From positions 1 to 62,954 of the forward strand of contig JARXPE010000004.1 in NCBI GenBank assembly GCA_029887795.1: a stretch of DNA of 62,954 bases. Reading direction: 5' to 3'. Numbering within the stretch: position 1 is the stretch's first letter; each line of letters starts with the position of its first letter. The position numbers and the translations under genes were made by a program. Shown here piece by piece: positions 1 to 9,516 of this stretch. Origin of the DNA: Thermoproteota archaeon (GTDB taxonomy: Archaea; Thermoproteota; Methanomethylicia; Methanomethylicales; Methanomethylicaceae). A model generated the notes under the pieces. The model saw only the letters and a program-made list of their open reading frames with translations. It ran no database searches and had not been told where the DNA came from.

Positions 1-241
1 TGAGGTCATCATATGTTGGTCCGAGTCCGCCAGTTGTTATAATGAGGGAGGGGCGCCTAGCAATGGATTCTGAAATTGCCCGTGAGATCTCATAAACACT
101 ATCCCCCACTATTGAGATCCTTGAGACCTCAATACCGATAGATATTAATTTGGACGAGATCCAAACGGCGTTTGTGTTTTGTGTTCTTCCAATAAGCAGC
201 TCCCTACCTATGCTAATGATCTCGGAGATTATCCTGAACAC
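1..241 (-). CDS. CinA-like molybdopterin-binding domain protein, N-terminal part (runs off window)
   Basis: Manual translation from GTG at 241: IISIGRELLIGRTQNTNAVWIS...IVGD...IITTGGLGPTYDDL, the CinA/MoCF-binding motifs; absent from the ORF track because it is truncated. Confidence 0.85.
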   Translation of the reverse strand, partial: MFRIISEIISIGRELLIGRTQNTNAVWISSKLISIGIEVSRISIVGDSVYEISRAISESIARRPSLIITTGGLGPTYDDL

Positions 242-454
242 CTGCCTAATCCTTACTTTTTGCTTCCACCTTCTTCTTTACTTTCTCTTTTCCTTTTTTA
301 CGTCTTTTCTCCTCGTTCTACATAGTGATTTTATTTTTTCTATTTTCTTTGTTCTTAATTTTCAGCCTTCTTTCTTAAGCCTTAATTCTTTTGTGCCGTC
401 TACCTTTAACGCTTTATCCTTAACCTTTTTCATCTTTAGTTCGTTAGCAATTTC

Positions 455-652
455 TCATTTCTTGGTTGACCACCATTTGAGGTACTCTTTTCTTAGCCTT
501 TCCTTTTCGTCTTCCGCGGCTGTGACGGCATATTTTGCCTTAATCTCGTCTATCTCGTCCCTAGTAAGCGAAAGACCGCAACTTAGACAGACGTACCTCC
601 TTTGAGAAGGCTCAAACTTTAATTCCCCTCCACATTCAGGGCATACTGCCAT
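455..652 (-). CDS. small zinc-ribbon protein (CPECGG...CLSCG)
   Basis: 65 aa, two CxxC pairs and a helical tail ending YLKWW. Confidence 0.75.
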   Translation of the reverse strand: MAVCPECGGELKFEPSQRRYVCLSCGLSLTRDEIDEIKAKYAVTAAEDEKERLRKEYLKWWSTKK

Positions 653-728
653 ATAATCTTCAAACTCCTAAGTTTACTTAGAGGAGTTATTATTAATAAG
701 GATAGTTTTCGAAGGGATATGACGAAAA

Positions 729-1840
729 TTAGGTTATCACGTTAGATAGCCCTAAAGAGTCCGCCATTTGAAGGGCGAGCTTCCACTCCGAATGGCTAAG
801 GCGCCTAGTGATCTCAGGGGCTTCTCTAGCTCTCCAGTGCGGAGTGTATTGATCCATGAGGTTTACGCGCGTGTCTCTACCCAACTCTTTGGCAATGAAC
901 TCCAAGATCTTGGAGAGGCAGCAATCAAGATGATTCGGGAGGACCAGTATGCGTATTATCAGCTCGCCATGCTTTTTTGCCAGTTTCAGGTTTCTGGTGA
1001 GAACATCCCAGTACCTAGGGGCATCAGATATGCGCTCAGCACACCGGTCGTTGCCGTACTTAAAGTCTATTTTATATATATCCGCAACCCCTCTCAGGAG
1101 CTCGGAGGACTCAATAGAGTAGTGACCGTTGGTGTTGAAGAATACTGGCATATTCTCTTTCTCGTGGAGTAGGACTCTAAGCCAGAAGGGTATGTGTGGA
1201 ATAGGGTCTCCGCCGACCCAGTTCTGGTTCCTGCACCCTCTCCTCCTAGCGTCATCTATCAATAGTGCCAACTCTTTCTCCGAGTATAGGTCCCCTCGCT
1301 CTATCTGCTGGCTTATGCCCCAGTTCTGGCAGTGGAGGCACCTGAAATTGCATCCCAAGCTAATTCGGCCGACTTTTGGTCGTATACCGTAAAGCTGGGA
1401 ACGATTTCAGGTTCCTCCCCCATGTGGTCAAAGCAGGAAGACACATACATGTCTTTCCCTACTTTGCAGTATCCGAGTTCACCATGAAGCCTGTCCTTCA
1501 TGCATCTGCGCTCGCATAGGACACAACTTTCCATGATCTTATGCGCAATGACGGACTTTAAGTGAAGGAGAGATGACCTCGGAACGTCCAGATCGGAGTA
1601 GCGGACTTTTCCTTCATCGAGTGACCTCTCTAGTTCAGATTCTTTTTCTAGTGCTTCGCTATGCAGCCGCCAAAGCTCGTCTATTGACAAGTCATCTGAG
1701 AACTCAACGGGAATTACTCTGGAGATCCTGAATTTTGCTATACTTTTGTTCTTAACAATGTTAACGTACCTAGGGAGTGAAGAGAGAACCTTAGGATCCT
1801 CCAGTGCGGAGGCGGCATCTGGTCTCAGGAAGTACCAGAT
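729..1840 (-). CDS. PflX-like radical SAM protein, two exons (1840..1384 and 1363..729), probable AUC start, 363 aa after splicing
   Basis: ORFs 1313..1690 and 729..1358 are two halves of one protein (CVLCERRC...HMGEEPEIVPS / GCNFRCLHCQNWGISQ, WVGGDP, NLMDQYTP). The first frame is open upstream to ATC at 1840 behind SD GGAGGTGA. Removing 1364..1383 joins the frames. Confidence 0.85.
1364..1383 (-). other. 20-nt bulge-helix-bulge intron in a protein-coding gene
   Basis: mRNA: CCCAGCUUUA-CGGU-AU^A-CGAC-CAAAA-GUCG-GCCG-AA^U-UAGCUUGGG; a 4-bp helix flanked by two 3-nt bulges; excision restores the frame. Confidence 0.85.
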
Positions 1841-1860
1841 ATGGTGTCACCTCCTCTCAA

Positions 1861-2868
1861 TCAAATAACAATATTGATTTCTTCACCACAAAATGCGCAT
1901 TTTTTACCTTTCAGGCGGGTATGTATAACATCAAAGCCAAATCGCTCAATCAATATCTTATTGCACCTTGGACAGTAAGTGTTTTCGTACTTGTGACCAG
2001 GGACATTCCCGAGGTACACGTATTTGAGCCCCTCTGATTTTGATATCCTCCAGAGTTCCTCCAGAAACGATATCTGAGGCGGAAGGCTGTTGGTGTAGAT
2101 GTAGCTAGGGAAGAAGCGGAGAATGTGAATCGGAACATCGTCCCCTAAATTGTCGATTATCCACCTAATGAGTTTAAGGAAGGCGTCTTTTGAGTCTCCT
2201 CCCCCTGTAACAATCAGGTTTGTTATCTCTATGAAGATCTTCTTCTCTTTCATCTCTAAGAGGGACTGGTAAATGGGCTCTGTGTTGGGGACCTTGCAGA
2301 AAGATCTATAGAAGTCTGGATCGCCGCTACCCTTGAAGTCCACCGTCGCTGCGTCGAGGTAGCCGTTAATGGTGTCAACAGCCTCGGGGGTCATGTAGCC
2401 ATTGGTCACGAAAGTATTGTAGAGGCCTTCCCTGTGGGCAATTCTCGCAGTGTCATAGGCATACTCGAAGAATATTGTGGGCTCAGTATACGTGTAACTG
2501 ATGGACAGGCATCCGGCTTGTTTTGCCATTGAGACTACTTCCTCAGGCGGCAGATCTTCCCCTTTTATTTCACGGTCTTGGCTTATGCTCCAATTGTCGC
2601 AGAATATGCATTTAAAATTACAACCCACAGTCGCAATCGAAAAGGCAGTGCTGCCTGGGTGGAAGTGGTAGAGTGGCTTCTTCTCGATGGGGTCTACAGC
2701 GTAGGATATCGCCTTACCGTAGACTAAAGAGTGAAGGATGCCCCCCCTGTTCTCTCGGACGCCGCATATGCCTCTCTTGCCTGATTGAATGGTACACCGC
2801 CAGCCACAGAGGTTGCACTTTACTGCAGAATTCAGCTTTTGATAGAGCATGGCTTCCAATACAACCAC
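1861..2868 (-). CDS. amrS: AmmeMemoRadiSam system radical SAM enzyme
   Basis: CNLCGWRC, GICGVREN, DPIEKKPLYHF, GCNFKCIFCDNW, TYTEPTIF, YVYLGNV, CPRC. Confidence 0.92.
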   Translation of the reverse strand: MVVLEAMLYQKLNSAVKCNLCGWRCTIQSGKRGICGVRENRGGILHSLVYGKAISYAVDPIEKKPLYHFHPGSTAFSIATVGCNFKCIFCDNWSISQDREIKGEDLPPEEVVSMAKQAGCLSISYTYTEPTIFFEYAYDTARIAHREGLYNTFVTNGYMTPEAVDTINGYLDAATVDFKGSGDPDFYRSFCKVPNTEPIYQSLLEMKEKKIFIEITNLIVTGGGDSKDAFLKLIRWIIDNLGDDVPIHILRFFPSYIYTNSLPPQISFLEELWRISKSEGLKYVYLGNVPGHKYENTYCPRCNKILIERFGFDVIHTRLKGKKCAFCGEEINIVI

Positions 2869-2905
2869 TCCATAAAACTCTTAAGAGAAGCTTAAAGATA
2901 AGAGT

Positions 2906-3796
2906 TTGGAGCGATTTGGTATGATTGTCGTGCCAGGACCTTCGTCAACAAAACTCGGGGGCAAAGTTGCCGAGATACTAGGCGTAAGAAAGGTTGATGT
3001 GGAATACAAGAATTTTCCGGACGGCGAGTCCTATTTAAGGCTATCAGAAGCGGTGAGTGGTGAGGAAGTGGCGCTAATACACACCACTTACCCCCATCCT
3101 GACAAGAGGATTTTGGAGCTTCTACTCTTGATAAACACGTTGAAGGACCTTGGGGCACGCCACATCACCGCGGTGGTGCCGTATATGGCGTATGCCAGGC
3201 AGGATAGCAGGTTCAGGGAGGGAGAGGCCATAAGCATAAATACTATATTCAGGCTGATAGAGGGAGCAGGTGCCGACGAATTCATCACGGTTGATGTTCA
3301 TAAGGAGTTCTCCCTTAAGGTATTTGGGATTGAAGCGAAGAACATCCGGGCGGCAGAAGCTATAGCGGAGTATCTGAGGGGCATGGATCTTGTGAGGCCT
3401 TACATACTTTCACCTGACAGGGGCGCACTCAAGATAGCCCAGAGTATAGGGGAGAGGTTGGGTGCAGAGTATGGTAACTTCGAAAAGACTAGGGACAGGA
3501 TAAGCGGAGCCATTACTGTCAAAGGGGAGAGAGTTGAGGCGAGGGGCAGAGACGTAGTCATTGCTGACGACCTCATCAGTACAGGTGGAACGATTGCAAG
3601 TGCGTCCAAGATAGTCAAAGGGGAGGGTGCGAGGAGAGTAATAGCCGTGTGTACGCACCCACTTCTGGTCGGAGACGCTCTTCCAAAGATGAGAGGAGCA
3701 GGTGTCGACGAAGTTATAGGGACTGACACAATAGAGAGTGAGGTTAGTAGGATCTCGGTGGCACAGCTCATCGCGAAGGAGTTAAGCAAAAGTTGA
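2906..3796 (+). CDS. prs: ribose-phosphate pyrophosphokinase
   Basis: FPDGE, PYMAYARQD, DDLISTGGT motifs. Confidence 0.95.
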   Translation: MERFGMIVVPGPSSTKLGGKVAEILGVRKVDVEYKNFPDGESYLRLSEAVSGEEVALIHTTYPHPDKRILELLLLINTLKDLGARHITAVVPYMAYARQDSRFREGEAISINTIFRLIEGAGADEFITVDVHKEFSLKVFGIEAKNIRAAEAIAEYLRGMDLVRPYILSPDRGALKIAQSIGERLGAEYGNFEKTRDRISGAITVKGERVEARGRDVVIADDLISTGGTIASASKIVKGEGARRVIAVCTHPLLVGDALPKMRGAGVDEVIGTDTIESEVSRISVAQLIAKELSKS

Positions 3797-4890
3797 TCGG
3801 GAAGATAAGGGGGATGGAAGAAGAAAAAGATCCAGAAAGGAGAATAGGAGTTAGCAAAAGGAATAGAATCTTGCTCCTCCTTTCAGGGGAGCATCCTTCC
3901 CTACCCTATTCTGAGGTTTATGCAGTGCTTGAGGGTGAAGGTGTTGAGTTTGTTGAGTTGGAGCGGTGCGATCAGGTACTGGTTGTAGAGGGAGACGAGC
4001 GAATAGGAAGACACTTGGAGAGAAGGGCAGCCTACGTGATGGAGGGAGGGGCGTTGATACTCCAGTCAAAGCCGTCGGTAGGAGAATTGCTCCAAGCATG
4101 TAGTCGTGCAGACTGGAGTTTTTTGAAGGGACAGAGTTTTGGCGTTAGGATCTCGAGAGTCAAAGAGTATTGGAGAGAGATCTCTTCATCTGAAGTTGAA
4201 AGGTTGGTGGGAGGTGCCATAAAGGACTTAACTGATTCTCGCGTGGATTTGGAGTCGCCAGAAGTATGGATTAGAGGGGTTATTACCAACTGCGGGATTT
4301 CACTTTATAGACTTGACTTTAGGACGGATAGAAAGGCATTCGTAAGAAGGAGGCCCAAGAGCAGACCTTTTTTTCATCCTGGAGTGCTTGAGCCTAAGAT
4401 AGCCAGAGTCTTTGTGAACCTCTCGAGAGTTAGGGAGGGAGAGAGATTTCTAGATCCCTTCAGCGGAACTGGTGGTTTTCTCATAGAAGCTGCTCTTTTG
4501 GGGCTCCACACCTACGGAGCAGACCTTGATATAAGGATGGTTAAAGGTGCAGCTAAAAACCTGAGATATCACGGACTTGATGCAGATTTAATACTTGGGG
4601 ACGCGAGAAATCTTCCCTTTAATGAAGTTGATGGTATAGCCACCGATCCGCCGTATGGTAGGGGAACCTCCACAAAGGGCGAGAGTGTTAAAGAGATTCT
4701 GACTGATTTTATGAGGGAAGCGCACGGGGTTATTAAAGAGGGAGGGTTCATGTGCATCGCAGCCCCCCAAGAGGTTGCAATACAGGAGATTGCTATTAGT
4801 TCTGGCTTTAAGCTTCACGAAATGCATACTATGAGGGTTCATAAGTCACTTACGCGCTCTATAGTTGTGGTGGAGAGGGTTGCAGGTTAG
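3793..4890 (+). CDS. trm11: THUMP-domain tRNA (guanine-N2) methyltransferase, Trm11/TrmG10-like
   Basis: LSGEHP N-terminus, THUMP region, RPFFHPG, LDPFSGTGG, TDPPYG, VHKSLTR. Confidence 0.88.
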   Translation: MIGKIRGMEEEKDPERRIGVSKRNRILLLLSGEHPSLPYSEVYAVLEGEGVEFVELERCDQVLVVEGDERIGRHLERRAAYVMEGGALILQSKPSVGELLQACSRADWSFLKGQSFGVRISRVKEYWREISSSEVERLVGGAIKDLTDSRVDLESPEVWIRGVITNCGISLYRLDFRTDRKAFVRRRPKSRPFFHPGVLEPKIARVFVNLSRVREGERFLDPFSGTGGFLIEAALLGLHTYGADLDIRMVKGAAKNLRYHGLDADLILGDARNLPFNEVDGIATDPPYGRGTSTKGESVKEILTDFMREAHGVIKEGGFMCIAAPQEVAIQEIAISSGFKLHEMHTMRVHKSLTRSIVVVERVAG

Positions 4891-5791
4891 AGTCGTAGTA
4901 CTCGGTTCGTCCGGAGGGCTGCCGACCCCCGAGAGAGGGCTCCCGGCCGTGATTTTGGAGGGGGGCGGATGGATCATTTTGATGGATTGTGGAGAGGGGA
5001 CTCAGAGGCAGATGATGAGGGCGGGCTACAGCCTCTGCAAGAAAATGAAGGTTTTCATCACACACCTACATGGCGACCATGTTTTCGGGCTTCCAGGCAT
5101 GATACAGAGCATGAACCTGCTGAACAGGATCCATCCCCTTGAGGTTTATGGACCGAAGGGGCTGAAGGACTTCATAGAAGATACTACGATCTCGACGATG
5201 TCGGAGCCCAATTTTGATCTTTCAGTTTTTGAGGTGGAGGAGGGAGAGATCTTTTCTAGCAGAGACCTGGTGGTTAGGGGAGTTTGGGCTGATCATTCAA
5301 GAGCGAATATGTCTTACAGGGTTAATTTTGGGAGGAATCAAGGTAAGTTCCACCCGGAGAGAGCTAAGGAGCTGGGAATTCCCGAGGGACCCTTATGGGG
5401 GATGCTCAAGTCTGGTAAAAGTGTAATTCTTGAAGGAGGGAGGGTTGTGGAGCCGAAGGAAGTGCTTGGGGAAATAGTCCCAGGAATAAGCGTGGTATAC
5501 ACTGGCGACACCCGATACTGTGAGAGGGTCGTGGAATTGGCCAATGGAGCAGACCTTCTTATACATGAGGCAACTTTCGGATCAGACCTCGCAGAAAGAG
5601 CGAGGGAGGAAGGACACTCCACAGCAGAAGATGCTGCCATGGTTGCTTCCTCTGCGGGTGTGAAAAAACTGATCCTTACGCATATAAGCAGCAGATACCC
5701 AGACGCTAAAATTCTTGAAGATGAGGCGAGGAGGATCTTTCAGAACGTAGAGGTGGCAAGGGATCTAGGAGCCTATGACCTGAAGAGTTGA
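4880..5791 (+). CDS. rnz: ribonuclease Z
   Basis: DCGEGTQRQ, THLHGDH, GIPEGP exosite, YTGDT, HEATF, GHST, THISSRY. Confidence 0.95.
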   Translation: MQVRVVVLGSSGGLPTPERGLPAVILEGGGWIILMDCGEGTQRQMMRAGYSLCKKMKVFITHLHGDHVFGLPGMIQSMNLLNRIHPLEVYGPKGLKDFIEDTTISTMSEPNFDLSVFEVEEGEIFSSRDLVVRGVWADHSRANMSYRVNFGRNQGKFHPERAKELGIPEGPLWGMLKSGKSVILEGGRVVEPKEVLGEIVPGISVVYTGDTRYCERVVELANGADLLIHEATFGSDLAERAREEGHSTAEDAAMVASSAGVKKLILTHISSRYPDAKILEDEARRIFQNVEVARDLGAYDLKS

Positions 5792-6543
5792 ATCGCTCTT
5801 TCAAAGGATCGCCTTGCGTCTTCAAGGTTGTTGTTCTCTACCACAGCAGAAACCTTATTTTGGCGGATCCTTTCCCTTAATAATGACCAGTTCACGGTGC
5901 CATCTCCTATGATCCTGTGCTCGTCATCTTTGCCGTAGTTGTCGTGAAGGTGTAGGTGAATAATACGGTCGTTTAATTTTGATAGGAAGGCTTCAAGCTG
6001 TGATGTGGTATTCGCATGACCAACATCTAACGCGATGTAAATCGAGAGACCATTCTCCATGAGGGAAAAGAACTCTTCAGTCCTTTGGAGTAGGCATGGG
6101 GTGTTCGCTGGCATGTTTTCTATCGCGACCTTCAAACCTATCTTCTCTCCGTAGCTCACTATTTTTTCTAGGGAATACAAGTTTAGAGAGCTGTTTACAT
6201 TGGGCACAAGGTTCTCCAAAGGAGTTCGGAGGCCTGGGTGGACAACGTAAACTTCGGCGCCTATATCATGAGCCCTCTCCATGGACTCAAGGATAAGCTT
6301 CAGTGCACATGTCCTCACCCTAGGGTTTGAGGACGCAATGTTAAGGTCAAGGATCGGTCCATGTACTGTGTACTTCAGCGGGAAAGATGCGCAGAGCTCA
6401 TTTAGGACCTTGACCCTTGCCTTTGTGAGACGATCCTTCCATTCGTCTAGAACTTCAAGAAGACCTATTTTGAGCGAGAGGAGCTCGTCCATTACCTTGA
6501 ACGTCTTTCCGACTGTGCAAAGTGTTGAGATCCCGATTTCCAT
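5773..6543 (-). CDS. sugar phosphate isomerase/epimerase (AP endonuclease 2 TIM-barrel) family protein
   Basis: VHGP, VVHPG, IENM, LDVGHA, HLHDN...DEH. Confidence 0.85.
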   Translation of the reverse strand: MEIGISTLCTVGKTFKVMDELLSLKIGLLEVLDEWKDRLTKARVKVLNELCASFPLKYTVHGPILDLNIASSNPRVRTCALKLILESMERAHDIGAEVYVVHPGLRTPLENLVPNVNSSLNLYSLEKIVSYGEKIGLKVAIENMPANTPCLLQRTEEFFSLMENGLSIYIALDVGHANTTSQLEAFLSKLNDRIIHLHLHDNYGKDDEHRIIGDGTVNWSLLRERIRQNKVSAVVENNNLEDARRSFERAIQLFRS

Positions 6544-6959
6544 AGCTCATCGACGGGAACTCCGTCTATCGTCTTTGTGGCTAACCAGTCTATTAACAAC
6601 TTCGGATCCTCTGTCTTTATGTGGAAAGTTATGGGACCCAAGGGTGACTCGCCCTCTGGCATGCAGAAGCTAACATGACCGGCGTAGGCGACCTGCTTGT
6701 TTAAGTGGAAGGTTATTGTAGAGCCTTCAACCCCGGCCAACATAACCTTCCGTGCCGCGTCAAGTATGCGCTCTCTCCTCAACAACGCCCTCAGTTTTGA
6801 GAGAAGTGAGGCATCACCTTCTAGGACTATGTAAGCACGGTTTCCATGGGCGTGCTTCGTGAAAGATGGAACATCAATTAGATTTGAGAGTGCCCTAATG
6901 ACCTTCGACTCATCCTCGGTTGGGTTTAACTCAACCTGGACTATTACTTTGGCCTCCAT
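6492..6959 (-). CDS. UPF0201-like RNA-binding protein
   Basis: PTEDESKV, RERILDAAR, LNKQVA, ESPLGPI. Confidence 0.85.
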   Translation of the reverse strand: MEAKVIVQVELNPTEDESKVIRALSNLIDVPSFTKHAHGNRAYIVLEGDASLLSKLRALLRRERILDAARKVMLAGVEGSTITFHLNKQVAYAGHVSFCMPEGESPLGPITFHIKTEDPKLLIDWLATKTIDGVPVDELWKSGSQHFAQSERRSR

Positions 6960-7491
6960 GGATCTCCCTCGCAAAGAACTCCTTCACAGAATTGATTAAC
7001 TCTTCCATGGTCCCCTCATTGATGAACACCTTATCGGCCAGGGCTATCACAGACCCTATGCCGACCTGAAGCTCGCGCATGTCCCGTTCGTTAAAGGTCT
7101 CTAGGTCTTTTGGATCGTCGGGCCTTCCTCGTTTTAGTAGCCTCTGAAACCTTGTATTTGGGGAGGCGTGCACCGCCAAAAGGCATACTTTGGCATTTCT
7201 CCTGAAGAAGTTCAGCTCATCTAGACTTCTGATGCCCTCTATGACGGCTACACTTGCATCAGAAACTTTTGAGAGGCATCTCTTTGCGACTACGTCATTT
7301 CCCTCCTCTTTGCGGAGTGCGAGCATCAGCTCGCCCAGAGACCCGGGGGTCTTTTTGATGCCCCTCGCTTCGGCTTCCTCCCTTATTATGTCGCCCATTA
7401 CTATAACTTTTAGACCGAGCGATCTTGCAGTCTCCGATATTACGGATTTTCCTGAGCCTGGCATGCCGGTAATGCAGAATAAAAATACCAT
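6931..7491 (-). CDS. UPF0200 P-loop nucleotide kinase-like protein
   Basis: GMPGSGKS, MGDIIRE, EGIRS, RGRPDDP, RDMREL. Confidence 0.85.
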   Translation of the reverse strand: MVFLFCITGMPGSGKSVISETARSLGLKVIVMGDIIREEAEARGIKKTPGSLGELMLALRKEEGNDVVAKRCLSKVSDASVAVIEGIRSLDELNFFRRNAKVCLLAVHASPNTRFQRLLKRGRPDDPKDLETFNERDMRELQVGIGSVIALADKVFINEGTMEELINSVKEFFAREIHGGQSNSPG

Positions 7492-7564
7492 GCAAGAGAT
7501 TAATTATTACCAAGGATATAACGATTATCTGGTCGTGGGCTCCTTGGGAGGAGGGTGTGATGGT

Positions 7565-8122
7565 ATGGAAAGAGTGAGGGCATTCCTTGCGATCGATATA
7601 ACTGAAGAAGTCAGGCAAAAGATCGCAGAGTTTGAGAGGGAGATAGACCTGGTCGGAGCGGATATAAAGCTGGTTGAAGTGGAGAATTTGCATGTGACAA
7701 TGAAGTTTCTTGGCGAAGTTGACTCGGGGATTTTGGAGAAAGTATATGATGTAATGAAAATGGTGAAAGGAGAGAGTTTTGCCATGAATGTGGAAGGGGT
7801 AGGGGTTTTTCCCAACTGGAGGATGTTTCGAGTTGTCTGGGTTGGCATAGGGGAAGGGGGAGATAGAATCGCCAAAATTCAGAGAGAGCTCGACGCAGGG
7901 TTGGCTAAGCTTGGATTTGAGAGGGAGAGAGACTTTGTCCCGCACATCACCGTAGGAAGGGTGAGGACACCAAGGAACAGGGACAGGTTGCTACAACTGC
8001 TGGAGAAGTACAAGAACCATCAGTTTGGCAGATGTAAAGTGGAGAAGCTGGTTCTCAAGAAGAGCACGCTTACGCCTAAAGGACCCATATACTCAAATTT
8101 AAGAGAGGTTGATCTTGCCTAA
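7565..8122 (+). CDS. thpR: RNA 2',3'-cyclic phosphodiesterase (2'-5' RNA ligase family)
   Basis: RAFLAIDI, two HxT motifs (HVTMKFLG, PHITVGR), STLTPKGPIY; start re-called at ATG 7565. Confidence 0.92.
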   Translation: MERVRAFLAIDITEEVRQKIAEFEREIDLVGADIKLVEVENLHVTMKFLGEVDSGILEKVYDVMKMVKGESFAMNVEGVGVFPNWRMFRVVWVGIGEGGDRIAKIQRELDAGLAKLGFERERDFVPHITVGRVRTPRNRDRLLQLLEKYKNHQFGRCKVEKLVLKKSTLTPKGPIYSNLREVDLA

Positions 8123-9516
8123 TGCATACCATTCAAGAAGTGCTTACAGAGGTCATGAAGAGAGTTAAGCCGAGCCCAGAGGACCGCGAGAGAGTCATGA
8201 GGGTAGTAGACAAAATAAAGGGCAATATAGAGAAGGCGGCGAGCGCCAGAGGGCTAAAGCTCAGAATAGAGGTAGAGGGTTCTCTAGCTAAGGACACATG
8301 GGTAGCCACGGACAGAGACATAGATCTATTCATAATATTTCCGCATGGGACTTCGAAAGACTTTGCCCAAGAGATTGGGCTCGAACTCGCAAAGTCTGGT
8401 GTTGGAGAGGGATGGAGGCTTGGTTACGCGGAACACCCTTATGTGGAGGCTTCTGTGGATGGATATACCGTCGACATCGTTCCAAGCATTGAGATTGGGG
8501 AAGGGGAGAGACCTGTCACCGCTGTGGATAGAACGCCTCTGCATACGAAGTTTGTTTTGAAAAAACTGGACGAAAAAATGAGAGATGATGTGAGGCTCTT
8601 GAAGCAGTTCATGAAAGGGATAGGAGTATACGGAGCAGAATTGAAAGTGGGAGGCTTTTCGGGCTATCTATGTGAGCTTCTTGTTATCAATTACGGTAGC
8701 TTTGAGAAGGTGTTAGAGGAGGCTTCCAAGTGGAAGAGTAGAACCGTAATAGACTATATGAAGTACTACAAGGAGGGTGAGGCCGAGCAATTATTCAACT
8801 CTCCTTTAGTGATGATAGACCCTGTGGATCGGAGAAGAAATGCAGCAGCTGCGGTCTCCCTCCAATGCTATGCAACTTTTATAGCTGCAGCTGGACGCTT
8901 CTTAGAAAATCCAAGTAGAGAATATTTCTTTCCCCCAAAAGAGCAGGTAGAAATCAATAAAACGCTTGAAAAATTGAAGGAAAGAGGATCTTCATTGGTA
9001 GTTGTAAAAACCGGATGCCCAAAGCTTCCTTCAGATGTCTTGTGGGGGGAAGTACAGAGGAGCCTGATGAAGGCTGTCGGGCTTTTGGAGAGATATGACT
9101 TCGTGGTTTTAGATCAAAAGGCTTGGAGTGACGAAGAAAGACATGTGCTCTTCATTTTGGAACTTGAGATGAGAAGGCTTAGGAAAGGGAAGGTTCACCA
9201 AGGACCAAAGGTGTGGTATCAAGAAGATGTGAAAAGATTCCTTGAAAAGCATCTGAAAGGGGAGAATGTTTTAGCGGGACCTTCAATTAAAGGAGATCGT
9301 TGGTATGTTGAGCTTAAAAGGAAGTACACAGAAGCCAAGGAGCTTCTGGAGAGAGAGTTTGCTAAGTTATCACTGAGCAAGGACATGATGGAAGAGGTCA
9401 AGAAAGGCTTCAGTGTTTACGTGGATGAAGAGATCGAAGAGCTGTTCATAGAAGAGCCCAGACTGCTCAGCGAGGTCAATGCTCTTGTAAGGAAGAGACC
9501 TCTATGGTTGAAGTAA
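8122..9516 (+). CDS. cca: archaeal CCA-adding enzyme
   Basis: GSLAKDTW...DIDLF, YAEHPY, VDRTPLH, GGFSGYLCELL, DPVDRRRN. Confidence 0.95.
   Translation: MHTIQEVLTEVMKRVKPSPEDRERVMRVVDKIKGNIEKAASARGLKLRIEVEGSLAKDTWVATDRDIDLFIIFPHGTSKDFAQEIGLELAKSGVGEGWRLGYAEHPYVEASVDGYTVDIVPSIEIGEGERPVTAVDRTPLHTKFVLKKLDEKMRDDVRLLKQFMKGIGVYGAELKVGGFSGYLCELLVINYGSFEKVLEEASKWKSRTVIDYMKYYKEGEAEQLFNSPLVMIDPVDRRRNAAAAVSLQCYATFIAAAGRFLENPSREYFFPPKEQVEINKTLEKLKERGSSLVVVKTGCPKLPSDVLWGEVQRSLMKAVGLLERYDFVVLDQKAWSDEERHVLFILELEMRRLRKGKVHQGPKVWYQEDVKRFLEKHLKGENVLAGPSIKGDRWYVELKRKYTEAKELLEREFAKLSLSKDMMEEVKKGFSVYVDEEIEELFIEEPRLLSEVNALVRKRPLWLK

Noticed and set aside
279-433. Lys-rich minus-strand mini-ORF (MKKVKDK...) with an in-frame TGA, as a possible readthrough or selenoprotein
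   Set aside because: Explained by A/G-rich low complexity; no SECIS-like element or recognisable motif seen
150-605. 151-aa Phe/Leu/Ser-rich plus-strand ORF
   Set aside because: Antisense shadow of two minus-strand genes and a purine-rich spacer
729-1690. Radical SAM gene as a simple frameshifted pseudogene or two separate genes
   Set aside because: The break is an exact 20-nt BHB insert whose rule-based excision restores the frame and motif spacing; both halves are otherwise intact
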